Notes under the pieces: model-generated
What the model saw: only the letters and a program-made list of their open reading frames with translations
What the model was told of the DNA's origin: nothing
The model's database searches: none
DNA from: Octopus vulgaris
Lineage: Eukaryota
Direction: 5' to 3'
NCBI GenBank assembly: GCA_951406725.2
Contig: OX597822.1
Coordinates: 65,348,001 to 65,412,000 of the forward strand
Length of the DNA stretch: 64,000 nucleotides
Position numbers and translations under genes: made by a program
Part shown: positions 27,846 to 41,330 of the stretch, in pieces
How the letters are laid out: every line of letters begins with the position of its first letter
Numbering within the stretch: position 1 is the first letter of the stretch

Positions 27846-28680
27846 TTCCTTAATGGATTATCCCGAGTTTACTCGTGCATCGCAAATGTATCTTTTTAGA
27901 ACCAGACGAGTATACACCGTCAAAATTAATTTTTAATTTTAGCACTCAAACGAGTTTATTTGTTTTGCGTCGTTTCATTTTTGAGCAATCACGAATTTAC
28001 TCGCGATGTTTAAAAAAAAGAAAGTATTTTTCATTTGATGCATTTGGCTATCTGGAATGTTTCTGTTTTGTATAAAGCATCTTTGGAAACTTCAGCTACT
28101 GTTATGAAACCGATGAAATTTAGAATACAAATAATCACCAAGATAATTGAAAAATATAGGCCCTTATTGACTCCCACGAAACCAGGAAGACCATCATCGA
28201 TCCCACATCTAATAAGATTTGCCCCAGCTGGTCACTTTCCCATGGAAATACCACCAAGTGATAAGAAAAAGAACCCTACAAGACAGTGTGCAAAATGCGC
28301 AGAGAAGAGAGACGTTAAAGGAAAGAAGATTCAAAGAGAAAGCAGATACATGTGCGATGTCTGCAAGATAACTTTGTGTGTAACTCCTTGTTTTAAAAAT
28401 TATAATTCTAAATAAACTATCTCATCTTTTAAAAATTTTCCTTTGATTTAAAAGCAATACATCGAAGATAGTTAAGTTATATATATTTTTTCAATGTCCG
28501 AGTTAACTCGTTTAAATTCAAATGAGTAAAAGAACATTTTAATTTATATAATAAAAAATAAGGGAAACGATAAAAAAAAACTTATTTTGTAATTAACACA
28601 GTGTATATTATTAAAAAAGGAAATAAAAAAATATGCTCTGAAATGAAACGCCATGTCAAAATAATTGATCCATTAAGGGG
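27846..28680 (+). mobile_element. Internally deleted piggyBac DNA transposon
   Basis: TTAA at 27842-27845 and 28681-28684. TIRs ttccttaatggat / atccattaagggg. Subterminal ccgagtt(t/a)actcg repeats. Empty site in the paralogous segment at ~31450-31480. Confidence 0.9.
28035..28415 (+). pseudogene. piggyBac transposase C-terminal remnant with Cys-rich domain
   Basis: GHFP...RQCAKC...RESRYMCDVCKITLCVTPCFKNYN matches the piggyBac C-terminal cysteine-rich domain. No DDD core is present. Confidence 0.88.
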
Positions 28681-29116
28681 TTAATATCATACGAAACCTA
28701 AATTGTAAATTAAAGCAAAATATGTGATGAGGGAAAAACGTTACCCACAATGGTGCTCGTAATTACGATGTGTGATGAACGGAAAGCAAGTGAACTTGAG
28801 AAGAGACATATAAATGCTGATACTGACCTCTATTCAATGAAACCTGGAATGTTTTGTTTAACGATAGCAGAAAATAAAAGGAAAATATGATCCAGGCTCC
28901 TGAGAAATTTGTGCGTGGATACTTAGGTCCTGAAACGTGGCAACGACATGTTCATAACATTTTAGCTTGAATTATACCGCTATAAAATGTAAAAACAAGA
29001 AATTCTCGTTAAGTATGTTCCACACAAAAAGAAGACTGACAGAAGATGTTGGTCAAGCAAAACCAAGATGTTAGCCACATTGTTGCAAATATGAGAAATT
29101 GTCCTATATATACTTA

Positions 29117-29524
29117 TTTATTTATTACCCACAAGGGGCTAAACATAGAGGGGACAAACAAGGACAGACATAGGTATTAAGTCGATTATATCGACCCCAG
29201 TGCCTAACTGGTACTTATTTAATCGACCCCGAAAGGATGAAAGGCAAAGTCGACCTCGGCGGAATTTGAACTCACAACGTAGCAGCAGACGAAATGCCTA
29301 TTTCTTTATTACCCACAAGGGGCTAAGCACAGAGAGGACAAACAAGGACAGACATAGGTATTAAGTCGATTACATCGACCCCAGTGCGTAACTGGTACTT
29401 AATTTATCGACCCCGAAAGGATGAAAGGCAAAGTCGACCTCGGCGGAATTTGAACTCACAACATAACGCAGACGAAATACCGCTAAGCATTTCGCCCGGC
29501 GTGCTAACGTTTCTGCCAGCTCGC
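29117..29524 (-). mobile_element. SINE family 2, dimer
   Basis: Two head-to-tail units. Confidence 0.85.
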
Positions 29525-31297
29525 TACTGTATCCTCATTAAGCATGTTGTGGTATCTGAGTAAATGAGAATAGAAAAAAAAACGTAGACGAAGATATTGA
29601 GACAATCAGACCAAAAGAATATAGGTGGAACCTAACAATAAAAACTGTAATCAAATTAAAACTTAATGCTGATAGTGGTGTTTGAAGCATAAAATAATGC
29701 TCTGTTGCAGTTGTGAGCGACACACTTAACATTAATGAGGTAAGAAAAACAGATGAAAGAAAACATTGTGCGTACTATTGATGAAGAGACTGCAAAAAGA
29801 GTTACCAAAATGTTATTTATCATGGAACCGACTGAAAATGTAGTAAACCACCTGGATCAAAGTACATCTAAACTTGGATATTTAAAGAGAATGTAGCTTT
29901 ATAATACGTGCAGTATAGATTATTATGATAGCTGAGATAATGAAAATCTACACCACCGTCTTAAAATTTACAAGATGAATAATTGTGCAAAGAATTACGA
30001 AAAAAGTATCTTTTCTTTACATCCTTGTCACCGAGCAGGAGGTCGGTCAAAATAAAAATAGAAACTCTCAGTCAGGAAGACAAAATATAAATACATACAT
30101 TATTCAAACAAATGCCTCATTGTCTGATTGTGGACATCAAAAAAGATTTTAATTATTTTTTCTTAAATTTCTTTTGTCTATTGTGTATGGAATAATTTAA
30201 TTTGTTCATTTTAGTTTTTACTTGTTGAAGAGAAAATTTCAAACTCTGCTGGATCAAAAATTTGTTCAAAGTAAATTTTTTCAATTTATTTTTTTTCTCG
30301 TAAATATGTCTTTGACAAAATACCATACTTCAAATAAAGAGAACAATGGAAAAGTGAAAAATAATTAGACAGCATGAAGAAACTTTATATCTTCTTTGTC
30401 CCTCTTTCACTATCTATCTGTATTTCATTCTCTCTATGCCATATGTATATGCCATAGTTTTTATTAGTTATATAAGAAGGTGTGCTGGCAGAATCGCTAG
30501 CGCGCTGACGAAACGCTTAGATGTATTTCGTCCGTTCTGAGTTCAAATTCCACTAGATTCGATTTTCCCTTTTGGGGTCAATAAATTAAGTACCAGTGAA
30601 ACAACGCGAGTCGATGTGATCGACTAATTCCCCCGACCCCAAATTTTAAGCCTTGTGCTTTTAGTAGAAAGGATTTTTAGTGAAGGTGTCTGTAGACGAA
30701 CATACAACTACTATCTTAAGTCATAACAAATTTTATTAACTTGACTGAATATCTGTATGTACATAAAAGCGTGCTTGAGTGTATGAATGTGTGGATGTTG
30801 TGTGTGACTAATTATACATAATTGCATGTATTTCATTTGGTATTTACTCTTATTCGCTATATTTTCTCTGTATATGAAACTCAGTTTTGTAAAAGCAGTT
30901 GCCTTGTGTTTTCTTTTAATTCACACCCGACTAATATATAACGATGTACTTCGGGGGCCAATTGGCAGGTACTCCAGTAACATGCATTACCACGTACAGG
31001 GTTTACAAATCCCGTACACTTCTTCTGAAGAAGGTAGCGAAATATTTACGAACGATCTGGGGTAAGTAGCAAGAACTCTGGATCCGATTACCTGCGGAGG
31101 TTAGTTTTGTTCCTAAGAAGCAACATTTGATTTGTTTCGAGATGCTTCTCTGTTAGATACTGAAAGTTAAAACTTACGGCCCATCATAGCCAAATGATTA
31201 TAAACTTTGTGTCATGCTTTGATCCCACTAGCCGGTGTTTATTTGCTTAAGTTCCTCATAACTTAGCGGTATGACCAACGTGACCGATAGACTAAAT

Positions 31298-31620
31298 ACC
31301 AGATATAAAAAGAATCAAGAACTGAAGTCGATTTGTCGATTAAACCCTCACGGCGATGCCCCAGCATGGCAACCGCCTAACTTATTGAGACAAGTAAAAT
31401 ATAAAAGATAGGCAGGTTATATTTTCTATGCAATGATGGCAAATATTGCTTTAAATCTGAATTAATATCATACGAAACCTATATTGCAAATTGAAGCAAA
31501 ATATGTGAGGAGGGTAAAATGTTAGCAAGAATGGTGTTCGTAATTATGATGTGTGATGAGCGGAGAGCAAGTGAACTTGAGAAGAGACATATAAATGCTG
31601 ATATAGACCTCTGTCCAATG
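31298..31620 (+). repeat. Local duplicate of 27674-27845 + 28685-28840
   Basis: Colinear and diverged. It lacks the piggyBac. Confidence 0.85.
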
Positions 31621-33675
31621 TACTCACCGATGAGTACATTGACAGGTGTGTCCCAATACTCAGTCTCAAATTACTTTGGCTGCCTTGAACATAAATCAGT
31701 AATCTGTCATACCATTAAGAAGGCAAACAGGAACAATAATAGATTTTCAGCAATTGGTTAAATGTCCTCAAAAACTACCTGAATGTGCTCCAAAAGTTGA
31801 GTCATAGCGCCACTGGAATAGTGCCGAGTATCAGCAGTAGGGATAGTGAAGTTATGGTGTCGCACACAGATTTATTTCAGATGACGTTCATTGTGGTAAA
31901 TTTCACTACTACATAACCGACACCTGAAAAAGGCTTTGGGGTTTGGTGCCCCATAACCGTGGTCATTTTAGTGGCTGCTATGAATCCACCACTAGAAGAC
32001 TAGTAATCAATGGTAATAGAAAGCATCCAGTCTGCATAGTTTTAATGAGGGAAGTGATAGTTAATCCAAGGAACGAAACGGAGTCTAAGCTCACGGCAAA
32101 ATCAGCTGCATGGTCGTATATAACGTTTTATAGAGGACAGTCTTGGAACTTGAGTATTGTAAGGTGGGGTCTGACAAACAACGTCTTCAGCTTTAAGGAA
32201 TCTGAGATTCCAAAAATTCAAAGAAATATTCTCCGATGCCTTGGGAAGAATTTTGGATGTATTCTAAAAGGCAATAGCATCACGAAGGACACTAAGACGA
32301 AATAATCAACTGATTCAGTGGAGATAGCAAAAATCAGCAACTCGGGATGTTTAAAGTATAGTGCTTCAAGTATGACATCATATCCAGACTGCAGTAGCTA
32401 TTTCTGTTTTATGTTTTCAACATGGCTGATATGGGGACAATGGAGAGTTTGTGCAATAAATTCTATTCTATCTCTAATTTATCTCTCAATACATTTAACA
32501 TAGATATGCACACGCACGTACAATGATGTATATACATACACATGCAAACATACACACACATACATACATACATACACACATGCACACATACATTTATACA
32601 CATATATATATACACACACAAAAAGTAATGATATTACAGGGGTAAAAAGGGAGCTACTAAGAAGCGTAAACAGCTTCGGCGTAGGTGCGCAAAATACGCG
32701 TATTAAGTGTCTAAATAGTGTGGAATGTAATTGACACCGATCTGTGTTAGTGTTAATGCACAGTCGATAATTAGAAGTGTATTTTACCAGATGGCGCCAG
32801 TTTGATTACGTAAGATTCTCTAACGTCCTCGTCGAGATCTTAGAGATATGGTAACGATATTGCAAGGAGGCCGAATTCAGACACGCAGGGTCTTACACAA
32901 TTGAATGGGTTGGTTTCAGTGAGGGTGGTAACAAAGCTGAATGCTTGCTTTTATCTTGTTTGAAGTGTTACATGTAGTTCTAGAGAAAATAGGGTATCTT
33001 GTGTCACTTTAAATATGATTATATGCGATTTTATCAGCGAAAGTAACGAGTGAATTCTATATTTTGGCGTACACATGTCTGAATGCTGTGTGTATTTAAC
33101 AACATGTATGATTCTAAGTAAATCTGTGAAATACCTTTAGATATATCTAAATATATCTTGAACATATACATATACGCACACATACTTTTATGCGCATAAA
33201 CATTGTAGACATGTGCATGTATTTAAATGCAACAGGGGCGGCGTAGTAAGTGAGTTGTTCGAGCATCAGATAGAATATTGTGCAGTATTTGATTAGGGTT
33301 CAAATCAGCATTGAGAGTTCAAATCTGACCGAAGTCAGCTTTACATTTTCTTAATTGATTTGCGGATCAGTAAATGCCGAATGCAAATTCGAAACCTACC
33401 TCCGTCGTGTAATTACCACAATGTATTTTGTTTGATGTCGATATCTACAACCCATCAATGTACACATATGTACGACATTATATCTAAATATGTGTGTGTG
33501 TGTGTTTGTCTTTGTGTGTGTGTGCAGTGGATTTCGTACAATTTTTAGCTATCAGATTTAGTGATACAAGAACTATCAGAATTTGGAAAACATTTGCTTA
33601 AAACTTAATGAGCCGCAAAGAGGTATCGAAAGCAGAACCCTGGTTTCAAGGAATATTCTTAACTATAAAACTACA

Positions 33676-33726
<51 letters not shown>

Positions 33727-34422
33727 ACACAGAGATTTGGTGTAATTTCCCTCGTTTCATCCTATTATTTTGCAACAAATACTCTACTTTTGCATTCACG
33801 TAAACCTTTCACTTTTCTCCCTTGTCTTTCTTGCCTATGTAAGTATATTAATAATTCTGGGCATGTTGGCCATACAAGTATTCTAAGATACTGCTTGATT
33901 TTTTTAAAAGGTGGGTACAGTCTTAGGTGGACTTGAGCATTTTTATAGTTTACTCATTTAGTTACTACCCAATACATTTGTGCTCCCTCATGATTTCTTA
34001 ACACTTACCTTTGGTAATAGGCTTGATATATATTCTAGCCTCTCATTTTCTTCAGGTCTTCTTCTTTCGCTCTCTCGGATATTGATTATGTTTTGCGATT
34101 TTTATATTGATAGCGTTTAAGTCTATCCTAATATCACTTTCATCCTTCAAAAACACCCTCTATATCATGATTTCCAATAAGCAACGACACGCTTCTTCCT
34201 CTCAAAATTATTCTCTTGTAATGATTTGAGAGTTTCAGGTGTCATAATTATTAATAAATACACGTAATAAATTTGAGTACATTTTTCTTATTATATCGAT
34301 TTGTGTGTGTGCGTATCCCTTCCTGGGTGTTTTATATACCAAACATTCGTAATATAAACAATCATAATGTGTGGCTAAACGAGGAAACTGTTGTTAATCA
34401 GCATTCTAATTATCGGCTGACG

Positions 34423-34579
34423 GCATTATTTACATTATTTACATTATTTACATTCGACGGATATTTGTCCTCACCTTGTTTGTCGTTAACACAACGTTTC
34501 GCCTGATATACCCTCCAGCCTATTTTAGGTGTCTTGGGGAAATTTCGAACCTCGGTTCTCATTCCTAAGAGAGTTTTCG

Positions 34580-34629
<50 letters not shown>

Positions 34630-34652
34630 GCTGTTGTTGCTGTTGCTGTTGC

Positions 34653-34719
<67 letters not shown>

Positions 34720-35105
34720 ATTCAGATATGAGTATCATATGGGAACCAGTATTAAGGAAGGATAGCAAAATATTAGATTTATAGACCTTAAAATTCACTT
34801 CATTATTGCCCACGGGCATATGGCGTAGTAGTTAAGAGGGCGTGCTACTAACACCAAGATTCCGAGTTCGATTCCAAGCAGTGACCTCAGCAACAGCTGT
34901 TATGATAATAACAATAATAATAATAATAATATCGAAAAATACCTTAGGAATGAGAACTCAGGTTCAAAATTTTCCCATGAAGAAGCCTGGAGCGTATATC
35001 AGCCAAAACGTTATGGTAACAACAAACAAGATGAGGACAGATATCCGTCGAATGTAAATAATATAAATTATGTACATGATTCCTCATCTCTTAAATATAG
35101 AACTG
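34423..35105 (+). mobile_element. tRNA-headed, hammerhead-bearing element with inverted 3' arm (copy B)
   Basis: Inverted arm 34423-34727. A box TGGCGTAGTAG at 34821-34831, B box GAGTTCGATTCC at 34864-34875. Degenerate HHR. TSD TATCGGCTGACG at 34411-34422 and 35106-35117. Confidence 0.85.
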
Positions 35106-35901
35106 TATCGGCTGACGAATTTATTTTACCGAAATACGATGCTCAGCAAAGTAAATCGTAGTTATTTAACACACTATAAATGGATGTTTTGCATTCGCAA
35201 TGACTTTATAGATTGCTTTGATGAAATGAAATTGTTCTTGCCGAGCTTCATGTCAGTCTATCTCACAATATATATTTATACTTCTCTTAGCTTACCCTGT
35301 AGGCACAATTTTCAAGATTTGGTTTTACCCATTTCTGTATTTCCTTATCTTCGTCTCTTTGCTCATGTTTCCCTTATTCTTTTTTATATAGGCTTAGAAC
35401 CCTTGATTTAACATTTCCTATTGTGGGATTAACAGCCTTAAGCATTTGTCGCATCTAATTCTTTCTCGTAATTTTCGTTTATTTTTATATACTTGTCTAC
35501 ATCTCTGTATCCCATTCCGCTTGTATTGTCCTGTCCCAACTCTACCATTATCTCCAACATTATTATAAATCTTCTGTCACTCTGAAGCGAGCAATGCTTT
35601 TGCTAAATTACTAGAATAATTTAGACCGTCAGTCAACAGCAGATATGTACAGTTATGTCTACATGCTTGCTTTTCCTGTTTGATTGAACCTTCTTTGCTC
35701 ACTTTTGAAATACACACGCATAAGCGGAAACACACACACACGCACAGATCTGTATATGTATACACCCGTAGATGATTACATACGTGCACGCATATCTAAA
35801 TACGCAAGTGTATTTCTATGTATATCAGGTCTATTTACTTTCATAATCTTTATCTTTGTTCTTCTATCTCTCAAATGCCTCTGTCAGTCTGTCTCTATGT
35901 C

Positions 35902-36004
<103 letters not shown>

Positions 36005-36679
36005 CCATGTCTGTCAGTCTGTCTGTCAGTCTATCTATCTATCTGTCTGTCTGTCTGTCTGTCTATCTGTCTGCCTATCTAACTGCCATAATATTTGCTC
36101 TTAGACTTATTTTTTCATTTATTTTCTGACTTCCTTTCTCCCGCTCTCTCAGTCCTCCTGTCTTTCCTAGCATTTACCTCTCTCTCTGACTCTCTCTCTC
36201 TCTCTCTCTCTCTCCCCCCTCTCTCTCTCTCCCTCTTCAACTTTTTCCTAACTCCCATAGCACATACCACCTACCACTTAAATTGCCAAAACCACCTCCA
36301 GCAATAACAAAAAGTTCAGCAAAACCCAACTACGTCTAGCTTCGCCGACATTCACCTTCATCATTACAACCCACAAAACCAACATGACTACCAACAGGGA
36401 GATCTCCACACCAAACATGAACCTGTATATGGTCGCACGACTTACTAAGAATAGCAGCAGAATCTTCTTCATCAAATACAACACGAAGGGTGCCCCACTA
36501 CCTGCACTGCCCCAAGTGTTTTTCTTATCAGCTCCACTAGTGCCATTAGCATCACAAACAACCACGACCACCGCCGCTTCCACCCACTTCTATCATTCCC
36601 ACTCTTTTCTACTTCCACTCCACCGTCTCCACCTCAATATCACCCCCATCGCCATCCACTACCTCCTACACCAGGAGCA

Positions 36680-36816
36680 TTGTTCATCATCATCGTCACC
36701 ATCATCATCATCATCATCATCGTCATCACCATCATCATCAACATCGTCGTCATCGTCATCATCGTCATCGTCATCATCACCATCTCTTTCATCATCTTCA
36801 TCATCATCATCACCGC

Positions 36817-36851
<35 letters not shown>

Positions 36852-37640
36852 CCATCGTAACTGTCATTATCGTTGTCGTCGAAATCCTCCTCCTCCTCCT
36901 CCTCCTCATCATCATCATCATCATCATAATCATCATCATCATCATCGTCTTCATCATCATCACCATCATAATCATCATCATCATCATAATCGTCATCATC
37001 GTCATCGCCGTCGTCTTCGTCGTCGTCATTATCATCGACAAAATCCAACAATCCCTTCACTGCCACTGCCAACAACAACAGCAGCAGCAGCAGCGACATG
37101 ACTCTCACCACTACACCCAACAAATACAACCTCTGTGACCACCCTACCCCACCCCACAATCCAAGGTTAATGAGTACTCCCTTGCTATTCCGGAAATAAT
37201 ATTCCAAAACAAACATTCTGTTCCTAAATACCGGTTTTCTTTCGCTTTTGTAACGGCTGCAGTCATAGTGGTGGTGGTGATATGGCGGCGGCGAAAGTGG
37301 GCTTTTATGACGTTTGTAGTGGTGGTGGTGGTGGTGGTGGTGTAATTGTAAGGTTAGTGTTATGGTGGCGGTGATGGTAAGAACAGTGATGATGGTGGTG
37401 GTAGTGTTGCTCATGCAACTATAGTGATAGTACAAGGGTGGTAATGGTGTTGTTGTTGTTGGTGGAAGTGGTGTTGTTTGCCGCGGTGGTGATGGAAGTG
37501 GTGGTGGTATTGGTGGTAACGGCAGTGATGGTGATGGTGGTGATGACGATGTTGGTATTGGTGGTGGTGGAAACCGTATTGGTTTTAGTGGTAGAGATAA
37601 TTGGGACAGGTGTAGTAAAAATGGTGGCGAAGGTATTAGT
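36680..37640. repeat. (CAT)n and degenerate (GGT)n trinucleotide region
   Basis: Direct inspection. Confidence 0.9.
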
Positions 37641-37702
37641 AGATGGATTATGTTGCATTTGATATATACATATATATATATGTATATATAGATGTATATA
37701 TG

Positions 37703-37807
<105 letters not shown>

Positions 37808-37825
37808 ATATATATATATATATAT

Positions 37826-37990
37826 TTGACCGCTAGCCACTAAAGCTTTTTTATTGTCTCTCTGTTTATTTTCTCGTGTTCTTTCAGTTGAAGAGCGTAG
37901 ACTCGAAACGTAAAAGACTTTCTCACCTTCCCGAGCATTAAACTAATACACTTGTTTGTTTACTCACCTGTCTTCGTCTTTTGTTTTTTG
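37826..37990 (+). mobile_element. Second copy of the (TA)n-embedded hammerhead-like element
   Basis: tcttt-CAGTTGA-a-gagc(gtag)actc-GAAA-cg-TA-aaaga at 37880-37917. Colinear with 5441-5628. Confidence 0.65.
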
Positions 37991-38022
<32 letters not shown>

Positions 38023-38141
38023 CCTCTGCGCGCGTGTGTGTGTGTGTGTCCCCTTAATGTACGCTCAAACCTCTGGATCATTCTGTACCATACTTGGGGT
38101 ACATGAGTAATTTGACCTTGGAAAGAATAATACGGTCTTGG

Positions 38142-38201
<60 letters not shown>

Positions 38202-38609
38202 TATTAAAAAAAAATTAATACTATTGCTGTATATTTGATATAAAGATCGTTTTCTCAAATTCCTGTTTTTGGTGTCCTAACCAGCTATTTACACACACAT
38301 GTATGCATACATCATTACGGTTGTGACGATTTCTGATAAACAAGAATTTCTAAAGGTACTTTCATATCAGAAAAAAAAAAAAATTCCATACGGAGATAGA
38401 CGCCTTTTTCTCAATTAGTTAAATGAAGTACTGTATATTGTACATTGATTTTTCAATTCATATTTCGGAAATTTTTGGAACAAGTTGCTTTATTATGACT
38501 TGATATTTCACATTTAAATTCTATGTGATTATTCTTGGCGCAAATCGTCTTATTAACACTTTTACTTAACTGTTTTGTCAATATCAACATAGTAACTAAA
38601 TAACCACCT

Positions 38610-38669
<60 letters not shown>

Positions 38670-38812
38670 AGACACACACACGTATGTATACATCATTACA
38701 GTTGGGACGATTTCAGATAAAATATAATTTCTAAAGTTACTTTCATTTTTTATATTCTTCTCCGGCATTCTATTTTTGTAAGATATATACCTATGTGAGC
38801 GCGAGCGCGCGT

Positions 38813-38888
<76 letters not shown>

Positions 38889-39164
38889 TTCTTACGGAGA
38901 TTTCATTTAATTGATCAGTTGTCAACACGGCATAATTACAGATTTCTACCCAACTTTTGATGATCATAACTTTCAGAGAAATAGATGTTTATTAATGAAA
39001 TTATCTATGTCCATTTTTCTGAAAGCTAAATTCATCCAAAGTCGGTGGGCGCGGGGGAAAAAAGCCTGTGATAAGATGGCACGAACTATCATTGATCTCA
39101 TAATGCATGTGCTCCTAAACACCGCACAAAATTTCAGCAACAGTCCGTGGGCAAGCCATCTTAG

Positions 39165-40005
39165 CTCCAGGTAATAATGCTGTCAACTAAATCAAGAATC
39201 TCTTGCAGCTGTTGCCAGGACAAGAAAAGTCTTTCAAAACCCTCGACACAGTCATTGATTAGGATTAGGCTGTAGTTTTTCCAATTGAGTTCCTGAACTC
39301 TCTACAGCCATCTGGGATGCTACCTCACCACTTAACACTTAAAAAGGGAACCCCAATCAAGCTGCTCAGGAATCTCGATCCATCTCGTCTCTGCAATGGC
39401 ACCAGACTGATGGTAAAAGCGATGCGACCCCATGTCCTAGAGGTAACAGTTATGACTGAGAACTATAAGGGTGAGGATGTCTTCATTCTAAGAATCCCGT
39501 TAATCCCATATAGCCTCCCCTATGAATTTAAACGGTTCCAGTTCCTAGTGAAGCTAAGCTTCGCTGTCAATGAACAAGTCTCAAGGACAGTCTCTCAAAG
39601 TTGTTGGACTTCACCCTGCTTCTCTCATGGGCAATTATATGTAGGATGTTCGCGAGTTGAAAGTCCTCAAAATCGTTTCATATATATACCAATTAAAGGA
39701 CGCACTCAAAACATTGTATATTTAGAAGCTCTAGATAATTAAACTGTAATTGATTTCTAGATTCGTTTTATTACATTTGTTTGTACTCACGTTATCCGAT
39801 AGAATTTTTGTTAAATGTACTTACTAACAGGGAGAAGAACACCCGTAGGTCGGTTCTTCTCAAATTTATGCATTTTCAGATTTCACGTGTTTCAAAGAAG
39901 TACTGACAATTGAAGGTGATTGCAAAGACAAAGAACTACTTTGGTTTTTAACAATGTTATTAACATTATTTTCAGTAACCTGGGAAACGCCGGGTTATTA
40001 GCGTA
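39165..40005 (+). mobile_element. Helitron 3' remnant (Pif1-family helicase C-terminus, disrupted)
   Basis: PHHLTLKKGTPIKLLRNLDPSRLCNGTRL...FQFLVKLSFA...CFSHGQLYVGCSRV...TQNIVYLEAL. Frameshifted at the NKSQG motif. Subterminal hairpin taacctgg/ccgggtta at 39976-39997. Confidence 0.85.
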
Positions 40006-40229
40006 TAAAGTTGGTATCTCAGCTACAAGGCGGTAAGATCTGCTTAGTCTATTTTTCATATTAAAGATCTAAAAGGTATTTTTAAACTTCATTATTTTCT
40101 TTGATGCGTATAATGCCGGGTGTTTCTGCTTACATATATGCATATAGATCGATCGAGAAATAGATAGACAGATAGATAGACAGACAGATAGATAGAAAGA
40201 TAGATTGATAGACAGACAGAAAGACAGAC

Positions 40230-40292
<63 letters not shown>

Positions 40293-40403
40293 CAGATAGA
40301 TAGATAGATAGATAGACATCGATAGATTGACAGGTAGATAGGTGAGTAGATAGCTAGATTGATTAATAGACAGGTAGATAGACATATTGATAGATAGATA
40401 GAC

Positions 40404-40434
<31 letters not shown>

Positions 40435-40436
<2 letters not shown>

Positions 40437-40769
40437 TATGTTTCTTTATTAGCCACACAGGGCTGCAAGGGGGAGTAGCTCTTCCTTCCCGTTTGAAGGA
40501 AGGAGGCGTGACAATATTGACGATAGACTCAGCTGATAAACCGACTCGTCCCACACGTGACAGCAGTTGTTCGACATAAGCCCACAGGTCGGAAATTGTT
40601 GGACACTGAACGAGTGCGTGCAGAACGGTTTCGTCGCTCTGACCGCATCTCGGGCAGGTCGGCCCCGTGTTTCTCGAGCCGTGTCTGTAGAGCTTATCCC
40701 GAACGGGTAGCGCTTCTCGGTAGCACTGCCAGGCCAGGGATCTCTGGCAGTGCTACCGAGAAGCGCTAC
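40435..40769 (-). mobile_element. Tx1/L1-clade LINE fragment (ORF2 CCHC zinc knuckle joined to the 3' end)
   Basis: Minus strand reads AWQCYREALPVRDKLYRHG...CPRCGQSDETVLHALVQCPTISDLW. It ends cagccctgtgtggctAATAAAgaaacatatc into (TA)/(TATC)n. Confidence 0.8.
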
Positions 40770-40831
<62 letters not shown>

Positions 40832-41057
40832 GGATCGATAAGCAGATAGAAAGATAGATAGACAGACAGATAGAAAGATAGATTGATAGACAGACAGAAA
40901 GACAGATAGATAGATAGATAGATAGACATCGATAGATTGACAGGTAGATAGGTAAGTAGATAGCTAGATATATTGATAGATAAGTAGATAGATAGACAAT
41001 TTGATAGACAGACAGGTAGATAGATATATATATATATATATATATATATAGATAGAT

Positions 41058-41220
41058 AGATATGTTTCTTTATTAGCCACACAGGGCTGCACACAGATAG
41101 AACAAATTACAAGGTAGAGCTTTTCTTTTGAAGGTTTAAAAAAAAAAAAAAAAAAAAAAAAGGAAGGGGGAGTTTCGATCAAAAGGGATCGTAAAAGGAG
41201 AGAAAGAGGACAAAAAAAAG
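41058..41220 (-). mobile_element. Second 3' end of the same Tx1-like family
   Basis: Shares gatatgtttctttattagccacacagggctgca with 40435-40467. Confidence 0.65.
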
Positions 41221-41278
41221 ATAGATAAATAGATAGATAGATCGATAAGCAGATAGATAGATAAATAGATAAATATAT

Positions 41279-41330
<52 letters not shown>

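Noticed and set aside
31620-32460. Possible decayed coding or transposon sequence (minus-strand FRCRLC..H)
   Set aside because: Many stops and no diagnostic motif.
34814-34880. Possible tRNA gene
   Set aside because: A and B boxes are present but there is no proper acceptor stem. It is part of a repeated mobile element.
36659-37435. 258-aa acidic ORF and overlapping frames
   Set aside because: Product of (CAT)n and (GGT)n repeats.
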